Shown piece by piece: positions 9,607 to 18,807 of a DNA stretch of 64,000 nt (position 1 is the first letter of the stretch; every line of letters starts with the position of its first letter). The DNA lies in the NCBI GenBank assembly GCA_027031765.1, contig JALVPN010000110.1, positions 33,973 to 97,972 of the forward strand, written 5' to 3'. Source of the stretch: Promethearchaeota archaeon. GTDB lineage: Archaea; Asgardarchaeota; Thorarchaeia; Thorarchaeales; Thorarchaeaceae. Under the pieces are notes generated by a model. The model was not told the DNA's origin and ran no database searches. It saw only the letters and a program-made list of their open reading frames with translations. The translations under genes and the position numbers were made by a program.

Positions 9607-10530
9607 TCAAACGATGAGTACCAGGATGGCCTTCTGTGCGTGGAGCCTGTTCTCTGCCTGGTCGAAGATGACACTGTGTGGCCCGTCCAGTACTTCGGAG
9701 GTCGCCTCCTCCTCACGGTGTGCTGGCAGACAGTGCATGACGATGACATCCTTCTTCGCATGGCCAACAAGTCTGCTGTTCACTTGGAATGGCATCAGTG
9801 CCTCTTCCTTCTCCTTTGTCCTCTCCTGTCCCATGCTGAAGAAGGTGTCTGTGTAGATGACATCCGCGCCCTCTACTGCCTCATAGGGGTCGTTCACTAC
9901 AGACAGAGTTGTGTCGTACTTCTCACTCAACTCCGTTGCGCTCTTCATGATCTCCTCCGATGGGGTGTAGCCCTTTGGTGAGCCTATCGTGACATCCATC
10001 CCCATGATTGTGCAGCCCTGCATTATGGAGTTGCTCACATTGTTGGAGTCGCCGACATATGCAATTTTCAGTCCTTCCAGCCGACCCTTGTACTCCTCTA
10101 TCGTCATCAAGTCGGCCATGATCTGACATGGGTGCAGGTAGTCTGACAGCCCGTTTATTACTGGTACAGTGGCATATGTGGCGAGCTCGGTCACATCACT
10201 GTGCGCATACACCCGCGCCATTATTGCATCACAGTACCTGCTCAGGACTCGCGCGGTATCCGCAATGGTCTCGCCACGGCCGAGCTGGGTCCCACTGGGC
10301 TGGAGGTACAGTGCATGGCCTCCGAGCTGGGTCATCCCGACCTCAAATGAGACCCGCGTCCGTGTGGATGACTTCATGAAGATCATAGCCAGCGACTTTC
10401 CCTTCAGGAGCTCGTGGGGCTCTCCACGCTTCTGCTTCAACTTCAGGTCATGTGCTGTGTCCAGTATCCGTCTCAGTTCGTGGCGCTCGAAATGTGAGAG
10501 GTCAATGAAGTGTCTACCCTTCAGGCTCAT
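9607..10530 (-). CDS. argF: ornithine carbamoyltransferase
   Basis: STRTR, HPCQ and HCLPA motifs (OTC rather than ATCase); start trimmed to MSLKGRHF... because the upstream ORF extension looks non-coding. Confidence 0.85.
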   Translation of the reverse strand: MSLKGRHFIDLSHFERHELRRILDTAHDLKLKQKRGEPHELLKGKSLAMIFMKSSTRTRVSFEVGMTQLGGHALYLQPSGTQLGRGETIADTARVLSRYCDAIMARVYAHSDVTELATYATVPVINGLSDYLHPCQIMADLMTIEEYKGRLEGLKIAYVGDSNNVSNSIMQGCTIMGMDVTIGSPKGYTPSEEIMKSATELSEKYDTTLSVVNDPYEAVEGADVIYTDTFFSMGQERTKEKEEALMPFQVNSRLVGHAKKDVIVMHCLPAHREEEATSEVLDGPHSVIFDQAENRLHAQKAILVLIV

Positions 10531-10694
10531 GTCAGTAACCCTTCTGAGCAGTCTTGGGTGGTCTCGCGGTAGTCCCACAATAAAAAATGTGTCATCAATC
10601 ACATCAGGGCTACTTGGTCCTATCAACGACTTGCTGCGCGGCCAGCACCGCATCCCCTCTCCGGGGGCCTCTGCCCGGGTCACATTTGTTGGTA

Positions 10695-11606
10695 TCACTC
10701 GACCGCAGCGATTCTCTTTGCGAACCACTCCGGGTCAAATACTTGCAGGTCGTCGTATTCCTGCCCCACACCAACATAGACTATTGGTTTGCCCGTCACG
10801 TACGTTATCGAGAGAGCAGCACCACCTGTTGGGTCTGCATCCACCTTCGTCAGGATTGCCCCGTCGATGTCAATGGCCTCGTTGAACTTCTGTGCTTGAG
10901 AGAGCGCGTCATTCCCGGCAAGAGCATCCCCGACAAAGAGTTTCAGGTCTGGCTCGGCGACCCGCGCTATTTTCTTCATCTCTTCCAACAGGTTCTTGTT
11001 GCTCTGCATGCGCCCTGCTGTGTCTATGAGTACGACATCTATGTGTCGTGCGCGCGCATGTGCGACTGCATCATAGGCCACAGCTGCTGCATCTGCACCG
11101 TAGTCCTGCCTGATGACACGGAGCCCAAGACGTTGGGCATGCTGTTCTATCTGCTCAATGCTCCCAGCCCTGAAGGTGTCCGCTGCTGCAATCACTACGG
11201 AATATCCGTTCTTCTTGAACATGTGTGCCATCTTGGCCAGGGTCGTGGTCTTCCCGGTGCCGTTTACGCCCACGAACAGTATCGATGTCGGCTCGCCCGT
11301 CCCCTTCTTCTGTGCAACATACTCAAGTGGGTCGACCCGTTCCCGCGGTGTCAACGCCTCGAGTATCGACTGGTATATCGCCTCTCTGAAGACCCGCTGG
11401 ATTTTCTCAAGTCTACCCGTACGTACACCAAGGAGTTTCTGCTTTGTGAGTTCACAGATATGCTCGGCGACCTCCACTGCAACATCATTCTGGATTAGCG
11501 CCAGCTGGAGTTCCCACACGGCATCACTGAGGTTGTCCTCCGTGAGCTCCTTCGTCGTGGCCTTCACTACTGCCGTGTCCAGTGCCTTCCGGAGGCGTGA
11601 GAACAT
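10695..11606 (-). CDS. ftsY: signal recognition particle receptor FtsY
   Basis: SRP GTPase motifs GVNGTGKTTT, DTAGR, TKVD. Confidence 0.9.
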   Translation of the reverse strand: MFSRLRKALDTAVVKATTKELTEDNLSDAVWELQLALIQNDVAVEVAEHICELTKQKLLGVRTGRLEKIQRVFREAIYQSILEALTPRERVDPLEYVAQKKGTGEPTSILFVGVNGTGKTTTLAKMAHMFKKNGYSVVIAAADTFRAGSIEQIEQHAQRLGLRVIRQDYGADAAAVAYDAVAHARARHIDVVLIDTAGRMQSNKNLLEEMKKIARVAEPDLKLFVGDALAGNDALSQAQKFNEAIDIDGAILTKVDADPTGGAALSITYVTGKPIVYVGVGQEYDDLQVFDPEWFAKRIAAVE

Positions 11607-11611
11607 TGCGC

Positions 11612-12046
11612 CTACTTTTCCCCCTGCTCATGCATCTCTGCTGCGATGTTCTGCAGCTGGGCATTGAGAGCCGCCATATATGCGACATGTTTGTTGTACT
11701 CCTTTGTCAGGGCCTCCTTCTGCTTCTCCAGCCTCGTGATTGCATCCTGTACGCCCTTCTTTGCATCCTCTATGCTCTGCTCAATCCTGATATTGCTGCC
11801 GATGCCACGGGTCACCATATGTGGGCTGACGAGTTTGGCCCGTACAAAGATCCGCCCACCAACATGCATCAGGACGGTCTCACCGTCCTCCTTACTCTCC
11901 ATCTCTGCAAGGACATGGAGTCCGGTCCGGTAGTCCCTCAGGACCGCTTCCACCAGGTCAATCTGCTGACGTAGGAGCGCTATGTTCGACTCTGTCATCT
12001 TCTGCTCGACGTATACACGCTCCAGTTGTCGCTGCTTCTCGCTCAT
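11612..12046 (-). CDS. pfdA: prefoldin alpha subunit
   Basis: Coiled-coil/beta-hairpin/coiled-coil layout; conserved position next to ftsY and LX. Confidence 0.8.
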   Translation of the reverse strand: MSEKQRQLERVYVEQKMTESNIALLRQQIDLVEAVLRDYRTGLHVLAEMESKEDGETVLMHVGGRIFVRAKLVSPHMVTRGIGSNIRIEQSIEDAKKGVQDAITRLEKQKEALTKEYNKHVAYMAALNAQLQNIAAEMHEQGEK

Positions 12047-12288
12047 CAGCCCTCGCTCTCCACGCCAAGTGCCCTTCTCAGCTCGATACTCGTGACCTCC
12101 TCCGGCCGTATCTCGACGACCTCGGTGAACCGGATGTCACGTCGCTTCACCCTGTGCCTGCTGCCAAGGTCTGAGTAGACCTTCTCTCGCGCATGTGTTT
12201 CCTTTGGGGCCAGGACTTCTTTCCGGAATATGAATGTCCTGCCCTTCTTCCGGTATTCTCCAACCACTCGCCAGACTTTCGAACTCAT
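12046..12288 (-). CDS. rplX: 50S ribosomal protein LX (L18Ae/L20A)
   Basis: 80-aa basic protein MSSKVWRVVGEY...; canonical eIF6-LX-pfdA-ftsY archaeal cluster. Confidence 0.75.
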   Translation of the reverse strand: MSSKVWRVVGEYRKKGRTFIFRKEVLAPKETHAREKVYSDLGSRHRVKRRDIRFTEVVEIRPEEVTSIELRRALGVESEG

Positions 12289-12312
12289 GGCTCAACACCT
12301 CTATCTGTCCTG

Positions 12313-12978
12313 TCATACAAACCCGAGTACTTGGGATATGTGGGCCAGCTCAACACCTGTGGTGTCAGCACCCGCAATCATCCCGTCAGTGTTTGCTATC
12401 ACCCCAAGCCGTGTATAAGGACTGCCCCTGTTTACGGTCCCTGCCTCGACGTGGACTCCAAGTAGGTCGGCCATGACCTCCATCTCCTCGTCTGTGGCCA
12501 TCGGGTGGACGACAGCCCCACGGTTCGTAGCAACCGTGTTTGCCCCGACAATTGGCAGTCCCGCCACGGTGCCTCTAATGACCTCCACATCTAGTACGTC
12601 CGCAATCTTGCGGACTGCTGCGCTGTCAAAACTGGGGTGGCAAATCGCACCACGGTCGTTGGTGACGATTATGTTGCCCATCGCCGTCATCTTGCTGTCT
12701 ATCCAGTCCATGTGGAGGTAGTCTGCTCTCTTCAACTCGGCAAACTCCTCGTCCGTGACCGTGTACGGCAGCACTATTCCATTCGAGTTTGCCGCCGCAA
12801 CGAAGCCGACGGCGTCCAGTGTGGCCACTGTGGACTGGACCAGTGGGAGGCCAAATGTCTTCTCAATTATGTCGAGGGACTTGGCTGACATGTTCGGCGA
12901 GACCAGTATGAACTTGTCAGTGGCGATTCCAAAGGCCCCGACATTCGAATCGCCCTCAAAGTCAGTGCGGGCGATCAC
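12313..12978 (-). CDS. eif6: translation initiation factor 6 (eIF6)
   Basis: Pentameric-repeat eIF6 sequence (GNIIVTNDRGAICHP, ATNRGAVVHP). Confidence 0.9.
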   Translation of the reverse strand: MIARTDFEGDSNVGAFGIATDKFILVSPNMSAKSLDIIEKTFGLPLVQSTVATLDAVGFVAAANSNGIVLPYTVTDEEFAELKRADYLHMDWIDSKMTAMGNIIVTNDRGAICHPSFDSAAVRKIADVLDVEVIRGTVAGLPIVGANTVATNRGAVVHPMATDEEMEVMADLLGVHVEAGTVNRGSPYTRLGVIANTDGMIAGADTTGVELAHISQVLGFV

Positions 12979-12984
12979 GGTGGA

Positions 12985-13404
12985 CTACCCCTCCGCAAGG
13001 TATACCTTGACGAGGTTGTCCGTGTTCTTGGTGACTCTGATGCGGACCCTGCGTGGCGGCTTCTGGATTCCCCTGCTCCAAATCCTCTCGTTGACCTCTG
13101 GCTGGATGAGGAGCTCCTCAGGTTTCATGTGGCGCTCGACAAACTCCCGGAGGGCCCTCACAGCGCGGTTCGCACGGCGGCGTCTGCTACCTGTCCAGTA
13201 CGCCTTCCTGAGTGGCACCGTGTAGATCCGCTCTTCTACTATCTCCTCCTCTTCCTCCTCGACCTCGGCTGATGGTGCCTCCACCTCCTCTGCCTCTTCG
13301 GCAAGGGCCTCCTCTATGTCCTCTGACAGCACCCCGGCCCCTTCCAGGTCCTCCTCGTCCTCTACGTCTTCAGTGGCGAGTCCTTCGTTCTCGGCATCGG
13401 CCAT
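12985..13404 (-). CDS. rpl31e: 50S ribosomal protein L31e with ~60-aa acidic N-terminal extension
   Basis: C-terminal 80 aa match L31e (IYTVPLRKAYW...VRIRVTKN...); N-terminus is Glu/Asp-rich. Confidence 0.85.
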   Translation of the reverse strand: MADAENEGLATEDVEDEEDLEGAGVLSEDIEEALAEEAEEVEAPSAEVEEEEEEIVEERIYTVPLRKAYWTGSRRRRANRAVRALREFVERHMKPEELLIQPEVNERIWSRGIQKPPRRVRIRVTKNTDNLVKVYLAEG

Positions 13405-13423
13405 CGGTGTGTCCCCTCTCTGT

Positions 13424-13579
13424 CTATGGTTTCAGTTTCGTTTCCCGCCAGTGGCGTCGTTTTGGTGTTTCCCGTACTCTCCCGCCAGTCTTCACAACCA
13501 CCCATGTGGGCACAGACGCGGACATGCGCATGGCCCTTGCCATCCGCAACTTCTTCCCCAGCTGTTTGTTCCTCGCCAT
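13424..13579 (-). CDS. rpl39e: 50S ribosomal protein L39e
   Basis: Hand-translated 51-aa ORF MARNKQLGKKLRMARAMRMSASVPTWVVVKTGGRVRETPKRRHWRETKLKP, not in the >=60-aa track; conserved position upstream of L31e. Confidence 0.8.
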   Translation of the reverse strand: MARNKQLGKKLRMARAMRMSASVPTWVVVKTGGRVRETPKRRHWRETKLKP

Positions 13580-13604
13580 AGTCTTCACCCGTGGAGATAT
13601 GTCC

Positions 13605-13934
13605 TCACCTGAACGTGACCTTTCTCTCTCTCTCTCTGCTCTGGATCTGCTTTAGTAGCGCCTTCAACTGCTCGTCCGTCACGCGTGTCCTCAGTTTCCC
13701 TGAACTTGCCAGCTGGATGAGCTGCAGCTCAATCTGCTCGGCAAACTGCGGTTTTACAATCCTGATGTTTGCCAGTCGCGACCTTGCGTCTGGGGTGAGT
13801 ATCTGGCGGAGGATTGCCTCCTTCTGGGCCTGGAACTCTGCTTCCTGCTGCTCCCGTGCCTGTTGCTCCAGTGCCTGCTGTCTGAGAGCAGCAAGTTTAC
13901 GCTGTCTGATTGCTTCGAGTTCCTCATCACTCAC
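13605..13934 (-). CDS. PDCD5/TFAR19-like DNA-binding protein
   Basis: 109-aa helical protein (LRQQALEQQ...ILRQILTPDARSRL) of the archaeal PDCD5-like family, in its usual position next to S19e/L39e. Confidence 0.7.
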   Translation of the reverse strand: MSDEELEAIRQRKLAALRQQALEQQAREQQEAEFQAQKEAILRQILTPDARSRLANIRIVKPQFAEQIELQLIQLASSGKLRTRVTDEQLKALLKQIQSRERERKVTFR

Positions 13935-13956
13935 TGGATATCACCCCATACTCGGC

Positions 13957-14409
13957 TCAGTACCTGTCCAGTTCTGGGATTGCCTTCGAGAGCTCCTTCT
14001 TGAGTGCGGCCGAGAGCTTGTCCATGTATGACCTGCCAATGTTGGTCATCTCACGTCCCTTATTCCCTCGTTTCTTGATGAACCCTGCCCTCTCAAGCTG
14101 TTGGAGCGCCGTCCTTATGATTGCGCCGCCACCACGATGGAAATGGTTCGGCTTGGTACCACGCCTCTTTCGCCCACCATACTGCACCCGGAGGCGCTCC
14201 GTACCGATGGGCCCCTGCAGGTAGACCTTCCGCAGTATGCTGGCGCACCGTACATACCACCAGTCCGGGTTGTCAGGTGCTCTCTCCTTGTGGGCTCCTG
14301 TCTTCACGTACGGGGCCCACTCAGGTGGTCGGATTTCCTTGCGGGTCTTGAGCTCCTGTGCAAGGCGCCGTATCAGGATGTTTGCCGGGATGTCGTAGAC
14401 TGTGGGCAT
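13957..14409 (-). CDS. rps19e: 30S ribosomal protein S19e
   Basis: MPTVYDIPANILIRRLAQEL... matches the S19e N-terminus; the ORF extends to 14550 but the upstream part is unlike S19e. Confidence 0.85.
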   Translation of the reverse strand: MPTVYDIPANILIRRLAQELKTRKEIRPPEWAPYVKTGAHKERAPDNPDWWYVRCASILRKVYLQGPIGTERLRVQYGGRKRRGTKPNHFHRGGGAIIRTALQQLERAGFIKKRGNKGREMTNIGRSYMDKLSAALKKELSKAIPELDRY

Positions 14410-15176
14410 ACTTGTGTTCACCATAGGACTATGATGGACTGTCGCGCAGAGACTCGGCCGGTGGCCTATCTCAGAAGGCTGGAACCAACCACTAGGGTGT
14501 GCATAAAAGGTTGTCGCTGTGTTGTAACTTGGCAGGTTCAGCACTCGCACAATTCATGAACTATGACGATACCATCCTGTTCCTGTTTGTTTCCAGTTCC
14601 ACCGATTGGCCGGATGTTGTGTGTCAGCAACAGGTGTCGACATGAGTAGCAGCCATGTAAATTAGTATGGACTGGTCGACTGCACTAGTGGGAGCCCTGC
14701 AGACATCCGGGCATGCAGTCCCGTAGACCGGGTCTGATTCAGCAGCCGCGTTCCGCATGCGAGTTAGCTCCGCACGCTGCTCTAGTGCAGACCACTTCTG
14801 TGGACACCTTCCTCCGCAAGTGTGACTGTTCTCTCACGCAAGCGGAAGAGGTGCCCAGCAGTCTTGGAGGTTGGCGACACCTCCCTTGACGGAAAACCCC
14901 ACCTTGCTGCTGCAGGACTGGAGATACCGGGGCATTCCTCTTTCTGTGACGGGCGCTCGCATGGTATGACACACAGGATATTGCATAGGTGTGTCTAACA
15001 ATTGCCAAGGCTCATGTTGTCATGAATGCTGGCTGCGGAAGGAGGAATGTAGCGGCTCGCTACATCCCACCGCATACAATTGTGCATTCGTCTTTCTCGG
15101 ACTGTGTGTGCATGAGCAGTGTTGTCATAGATGTCCGCGTTTCGTAGAGCCCGGACGGTAGAAATATAACATAGTT

Positions 15177-16187
15177 ATGCTGCTAACCAATAGGGACTCA
15201 CGGGCTGGAGTGCGTGGCAACACAATGAGCGAGTCCAATTGGTGGAAAAAGGGTCACTTCGTACGCGAGGTCATTTCAGCTATTGTCATTCTGATGTGGA
15301 TACTTGCAGTTGTAGGGTTCACTGCCCTCAGCCCGCTGGCCGCAATGGGGAGATTGGTTTCTGACACGGCCGACGCACTTTTCTTTATATTCGGTTTCGT
15401 CCTGTACGTGCTCTATGCGTCAAAGATTCGTTTGGTCGTCCTCGCAGCGTACTATAGAATCAAGTATCGAAAAGCAGGAGAGCTCAGTTACGATATTCCT
15501 CCTATTGAATCTGGTCATGAGCAGAACGAGCACGGTACAACAGGTGGGACTCAGCAAGGACTCCCCGACTATCACGATATTCTGGTCAAAGCCTCGTTCT
15601 TGAAACAACGGGGTCACCCACACACTCCAAAGTTCCCTGTATATATTGCGGCGCCGCATCTACTGAAGGAATGGGGCCCTTTCTCGGGCCTTCTTAGGAG
15701 AGTTGGGCTGTCTGGGCGGCTCCCCTCTCAATCTGTTCTACCAAACTGGGCATTTCATATTCTCTTGATAGATACGGAACTCACACTCAAGCGCGAAATA
15801 CGGACTGGTGATGGTGGCAATAGTGAGGTAGTCTACGAGCTCCAGGTTGACCTTGACAAGGCCCGTTATGGGATATACAACAATGATGGAAAGCGATTTC
15901 TCGACTTCATCTATCTACGTGAACGGCATGGTTCAAGTGACTCCGAGCAGGACGCTGGAGAATGCGGCTCCGAGCAGCACACTAGAGAACACAGCTTCGA
16001 GCAGTATATTAGAGAGTACGATACTACGCGAGATTTCGAATTCTTCAAATGCCGCCCGATTGACAACGAGGCGCGCAGGGCGGCAATTGAAAGTCTCGAT
16101 AGGGCCATCACAGCTTTCTTGGAGGGTGATGAGGTTCGCGACCTTTCTGGGGGGGGGAGCAGGCTCTCCCACATGTGCTACATTTGA
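15177..16187 (+). CDS. hypothetical membrane protein (3 N-terminal TM helices); N-terminal part of a frame-disrupted larger gene
   Basis: TM segments in the first 90 aa; an imperfect internal tandem repeat (SEQDAGECGSEQHTREHSFEQY); reading frame ends 30 nt after the G9 run at 16149-16157. Confidence 0.45.
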   Translation: MLLTNRDSRAGVRGNTMSESNWWKKGHFVREVISAIVILMWILAVVGFTALSPLAAMGRLVSDTADALFFIFGFVLYVLYASKIRLVVLAAYYRIKYRKAGELSYDIPPIESGHEQNEHGTTGGTQQGLPDYHDILVKASFLKQRGHPHTPKFPVYIAAPHLLKEWGPFSGLLRRVGLSGRLPSQSVLPNWAFHILLIDTELTLKREIRTGDGGNSEVVYELQVDLDKARYGIYNNDGKRFLDFIYLRERHGSSDSEQDAGECGSEQHTREHSFEQYIREYDTTRDFEFFKCRPIDNEARRAAIESLDRAITAFLEGDEVRDLSGGGSRLSHMCYI

Positions 16188-17307
16188 CCTGCATGCAGCC
16201 CCCCTCCGGTGGGTTTCTGGTGGTGTTGTTCCAATCGTGAAACATCAGGACAGACTATGGGTCGTTCTATTCTTTCGAGAAATCAAACCTAGGGGGTGGA
16301 ATCTGGGGAACGGCTCCTCCCAGAGCAGTGACGAGTACACAAACATCAGGAAACTATTGGTGCGGGAGTTCCTGGAGGAGTTCATAGTTCTTGGAAGTCC
16401 ACCGGTGCCCCGCAACACACAGTCTGCGGGAGTCACAGGGTCATGTGACTGCATAAGTGTCCCCAGGAAGATGCCTGAGTTCTACGAGGAGGGTACGCAG
16501 TTGACAGACTTGGAGTCAGCCGCCAGTCTTGTGTGGCGTGAACATGAGCAACTTCGCAAGAAACATGATGGCATCTCAATAGAATGGGACGATAGTAGCG
16601 AAGGCTATGTCCTCAAAACTATCGAAACCCCGTATCGTGTCCAAATCGTTTGCCCTGAAACCAAGACCCCTCACAAGGTTCCGAACGCCCTCTTTACTAT
16701 CAATCCCTTCGAGTTTGGAATTGAAATCAACAAGATAATGTGGTTTAGACTTGGTGAAACGGATTATATCTTAGACGGCGAGATTCTGGAAACAGGCCCA
16801 TTTCTTCTGCGAAGACCTGTGATACTCATCTCGCTTGACTTCCTGAAACGGAAGTACGATGAGAACGGCCGAGAAGTCGGTCTTGGGAAAACACTCACCC
16901 ATCCTGGCTTTCCCAAGTGCAAGAGTCTCGGGAGTATTCCCGCCGGCGAGTACAGGCTCTTCCTTCGTGACATTTACTTCAAGAATGTCCGGCTTGCCTC
17001 CCTCATTTCCAAGAGCCGCGGCATAAGGGGGCTGAATGCTGGGGAAAGAGAGGAATGTCGTGCCCTAAAATCGTGGCTGCGCAATTACCAGCACCTATTT
17101 CTCGGCGATGAGTACCGCTACGGTGACGTGCCAATGGACACGATTTGGCACCGCATTCTAGAACTGGAAAACGGCGAGGTGTCCCGTGACCTGAAAGACT
17201 CTGATCCAAGCACACCTTACCTCACGTCACTATGCCCGGTCACGTGGAAAAACCTTGAAACAATCCTCGGCAACCCATCCATCTGGGATGAAATCCAGAA
17301 GATTTGA
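16147..17307 (+). CDS. Nudix-like domain protein; C-terminal part continuing in +1 frame after G9 run
   Basis: Protein-like sequence begins exactly at the G9 tract; VVPIVKHQDRLWVVLFFRE...GNGSSQSSDE...REFLEEFIV resembles a degenerate Nudix box; the frame upstream of 16147 is low-complexity. Confidence 0.45.
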   Translation: MGGGAGSPTCATFDLHAAPLRWVSGGVVPIVKHQDRLWVVLFFREIKPRGWNLGNGSSQSSDEYTNIRKLLVREFLEEFIVLGSPPVPRNTQSAGVTGSCDCISVPRKMPEFYEEGTQLTDLESAASLVWREHEQLRKKHDGISIEWDDSSEGYVLKTIETPYRVQIVCPETKTPHKVPNALFTINPFEFGIEINKIMWFRLGETDYILDGEILETGPFLLRRPVILISLDFLKRKYDENGREVGLGKTLTHPGFPKCKSLGSIPAGEYRLFLRDIYFKNVRLASLISKSRGIRGLNAGEREECRALKSWLRNYQHLFLGDEYRYGDVPMDTIWHRILELENGEVSRDLKDSDPSTPYLTSLCPVTWKNLETILGNPSIWDEIQKI

Positions 17308-17923
17308 TTCGGATGCAATATGCTGGTGGGTGGCGAGCCATAATCTCTTTCCAGAATGACTCCCTGTCCTCAACGTCGTGCGTATCTTTGACGCATTCTA
17401 CTTGAAGTGTGTACGGCATTTCAACTGGAGTGTGACCATCATTCCACATGTCAAATATGAGCCTATGTGCATGCCAAGTCCATCTGTGTACTAATATAAT
17501 ATGGGTATGTCAGCGGGGTTTCAGTCGAGTCTGCAGGGAACCCAGACGGACTAGCAAGGGTGCCGGCGGGTAGTGCATGAGGTTCGCGTAATCCGGTTCT
17601 GAGAACGGGCACAACATGGGTGCTGTTTGAATGTAGAGCCGCTGGGCAGGGCACATGAGTGCATTGATGGGACTGATGGAATGTGTACCCTTTAGGAGCA
17701 GTTCAGATGTGCCAGTGATGTCAGGAAACAGCCATACACAACTAGGCGGTGACTTCTTGTTGCCAGTCCACTGTTGCGCCCTCTATCACCGCTGGAACCG
17801 TTTCTCCTGCTGCTGCACCATTCCCGTTTCAGACGGTACTAGTAGTGGGCACGTAGGGGCGTCGTACGGCAAACATATGTGCCTGGATGTGTTGACGACC
17901 ACTCTTTCCTGTAACGACCTCCA

Positions 17924-18211
17924 CTACTTGCGGATCTTGTAGATTACTGCGGTGTTCCCACGCACTCCTGCCAGTGTTGCCCCAGTCCGCATGCAGAGCT
18001 CCTCAAATACATCGGTCTTTGACCTGTTGCTGCTCAGCGCTGTCCTCAGTACACGCACCTTGATGTACTCGTGTTCTTTCAGGAGCCGTCGTGCCTCACT
18101 CACCACCGCGTCGCTCACTCCGGCCTTTCCAATCTGCATCATTGCAGGGTCTTGCCATGTGATTGCAATCCTTGTCGGGTCGGGCCTGCGTGTTACCCTC
18201 ATTGTAACCAT
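17924..18211 (-). CDS. CRS1/YhbY (CRM) domain RNA-binding protein
   Basis: IGKAGVSDAVVSEARRLLKEHEYIKVRVL...GATLAGVRGNTAVIYK matches the YhbY fold signature. Confidence 0.75.
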   Translation of the reverse strand: MVTMRVTRRPDPTRIAITWQDPAMMQIGKAGVSDAVVSEARRLLKEHEYIKVRVLRTALSSNRSKTDVFEELCMRTGATLAGVRGNTAVIYKIRK

Positions 18212-18239
18212 CTGTCATCCGTCACATCAGGGCCATTAA

Positions 18240-18560
18240 CTACCTTTTGATGGGGAACCTGCGAATGGTGCCACATGAAAGACATGTGACGACCACATGT
18301 GTGGAGCGTCGTGCCCGCACACGCACCCTGCAGTTCCGCCCTGGGACGAGGACTGCCCCACACCTCTTACAGAGATGCCTGCGGATGTGCCACGGCATCC
18401 TTGTCCTCGCCTTCTGTGCTATCCTTGAGGCAATCCGCATCCACGCGCGCGCCAGATCTGGGCGCTCTCTCGCAACTGTGCGGGCCTGCTCCCATAGGAT
18501 TCCTATCCGGGCGTGTGCAAGTCTGCGCACGAGTTTCCGTGGTTGTCTTCTCCTGTTCAA
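18240..18560 (-). CDS. rnp4: ribonuclease P protein component 4 (Rpp21)
   Basis: Basic N-terminal helices plus a CxxC...CxxC zinc ribbon (CKRCGAVL...CLSCG). Confidence 0.8.
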   Translation of the reverse strand: MNRRRQPRKLVRRLAHARIGILWEQARTVARERPDLARAWMRIASRIAQKARTRMPWHIRRHLCKRCGAVLVPGRNCRVRVRARRSTHVVVTCLSCGTIRRFPIKR

Positions 18561-18807
18561 CTCCCGTCAGTCCGCCGTTCTGCAGTTGCTACACGGTCGC
18601 CGGTGGCGGGCTGAGATGGGCCGTTCCCATAGTGTTATGTCGCCCCAACACCATGTCATTGCCCTGTTCGCCCACTCACGTTGTACGCCCTGGGGGCTCC
18701 CCTGTGCCTGTGGGCTCCCGCCTCTGGCTGGCCAGAGTGGTAGTTACTGATTTGGCACACACATCTTATATTGTTTCCAGATTGACCACCCGCCCGGGAA
18801 TGGCACC

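Noticed and set aside
15847-16146. N-terminal 100 aa of the 486-aa ORF (MTLTRPVMGYTT...)
   Set aside because: It is a repetitive low-complexity reading of the other frame's tandem repeat. Only the part after the G9 tract (from 16147) looks coding.
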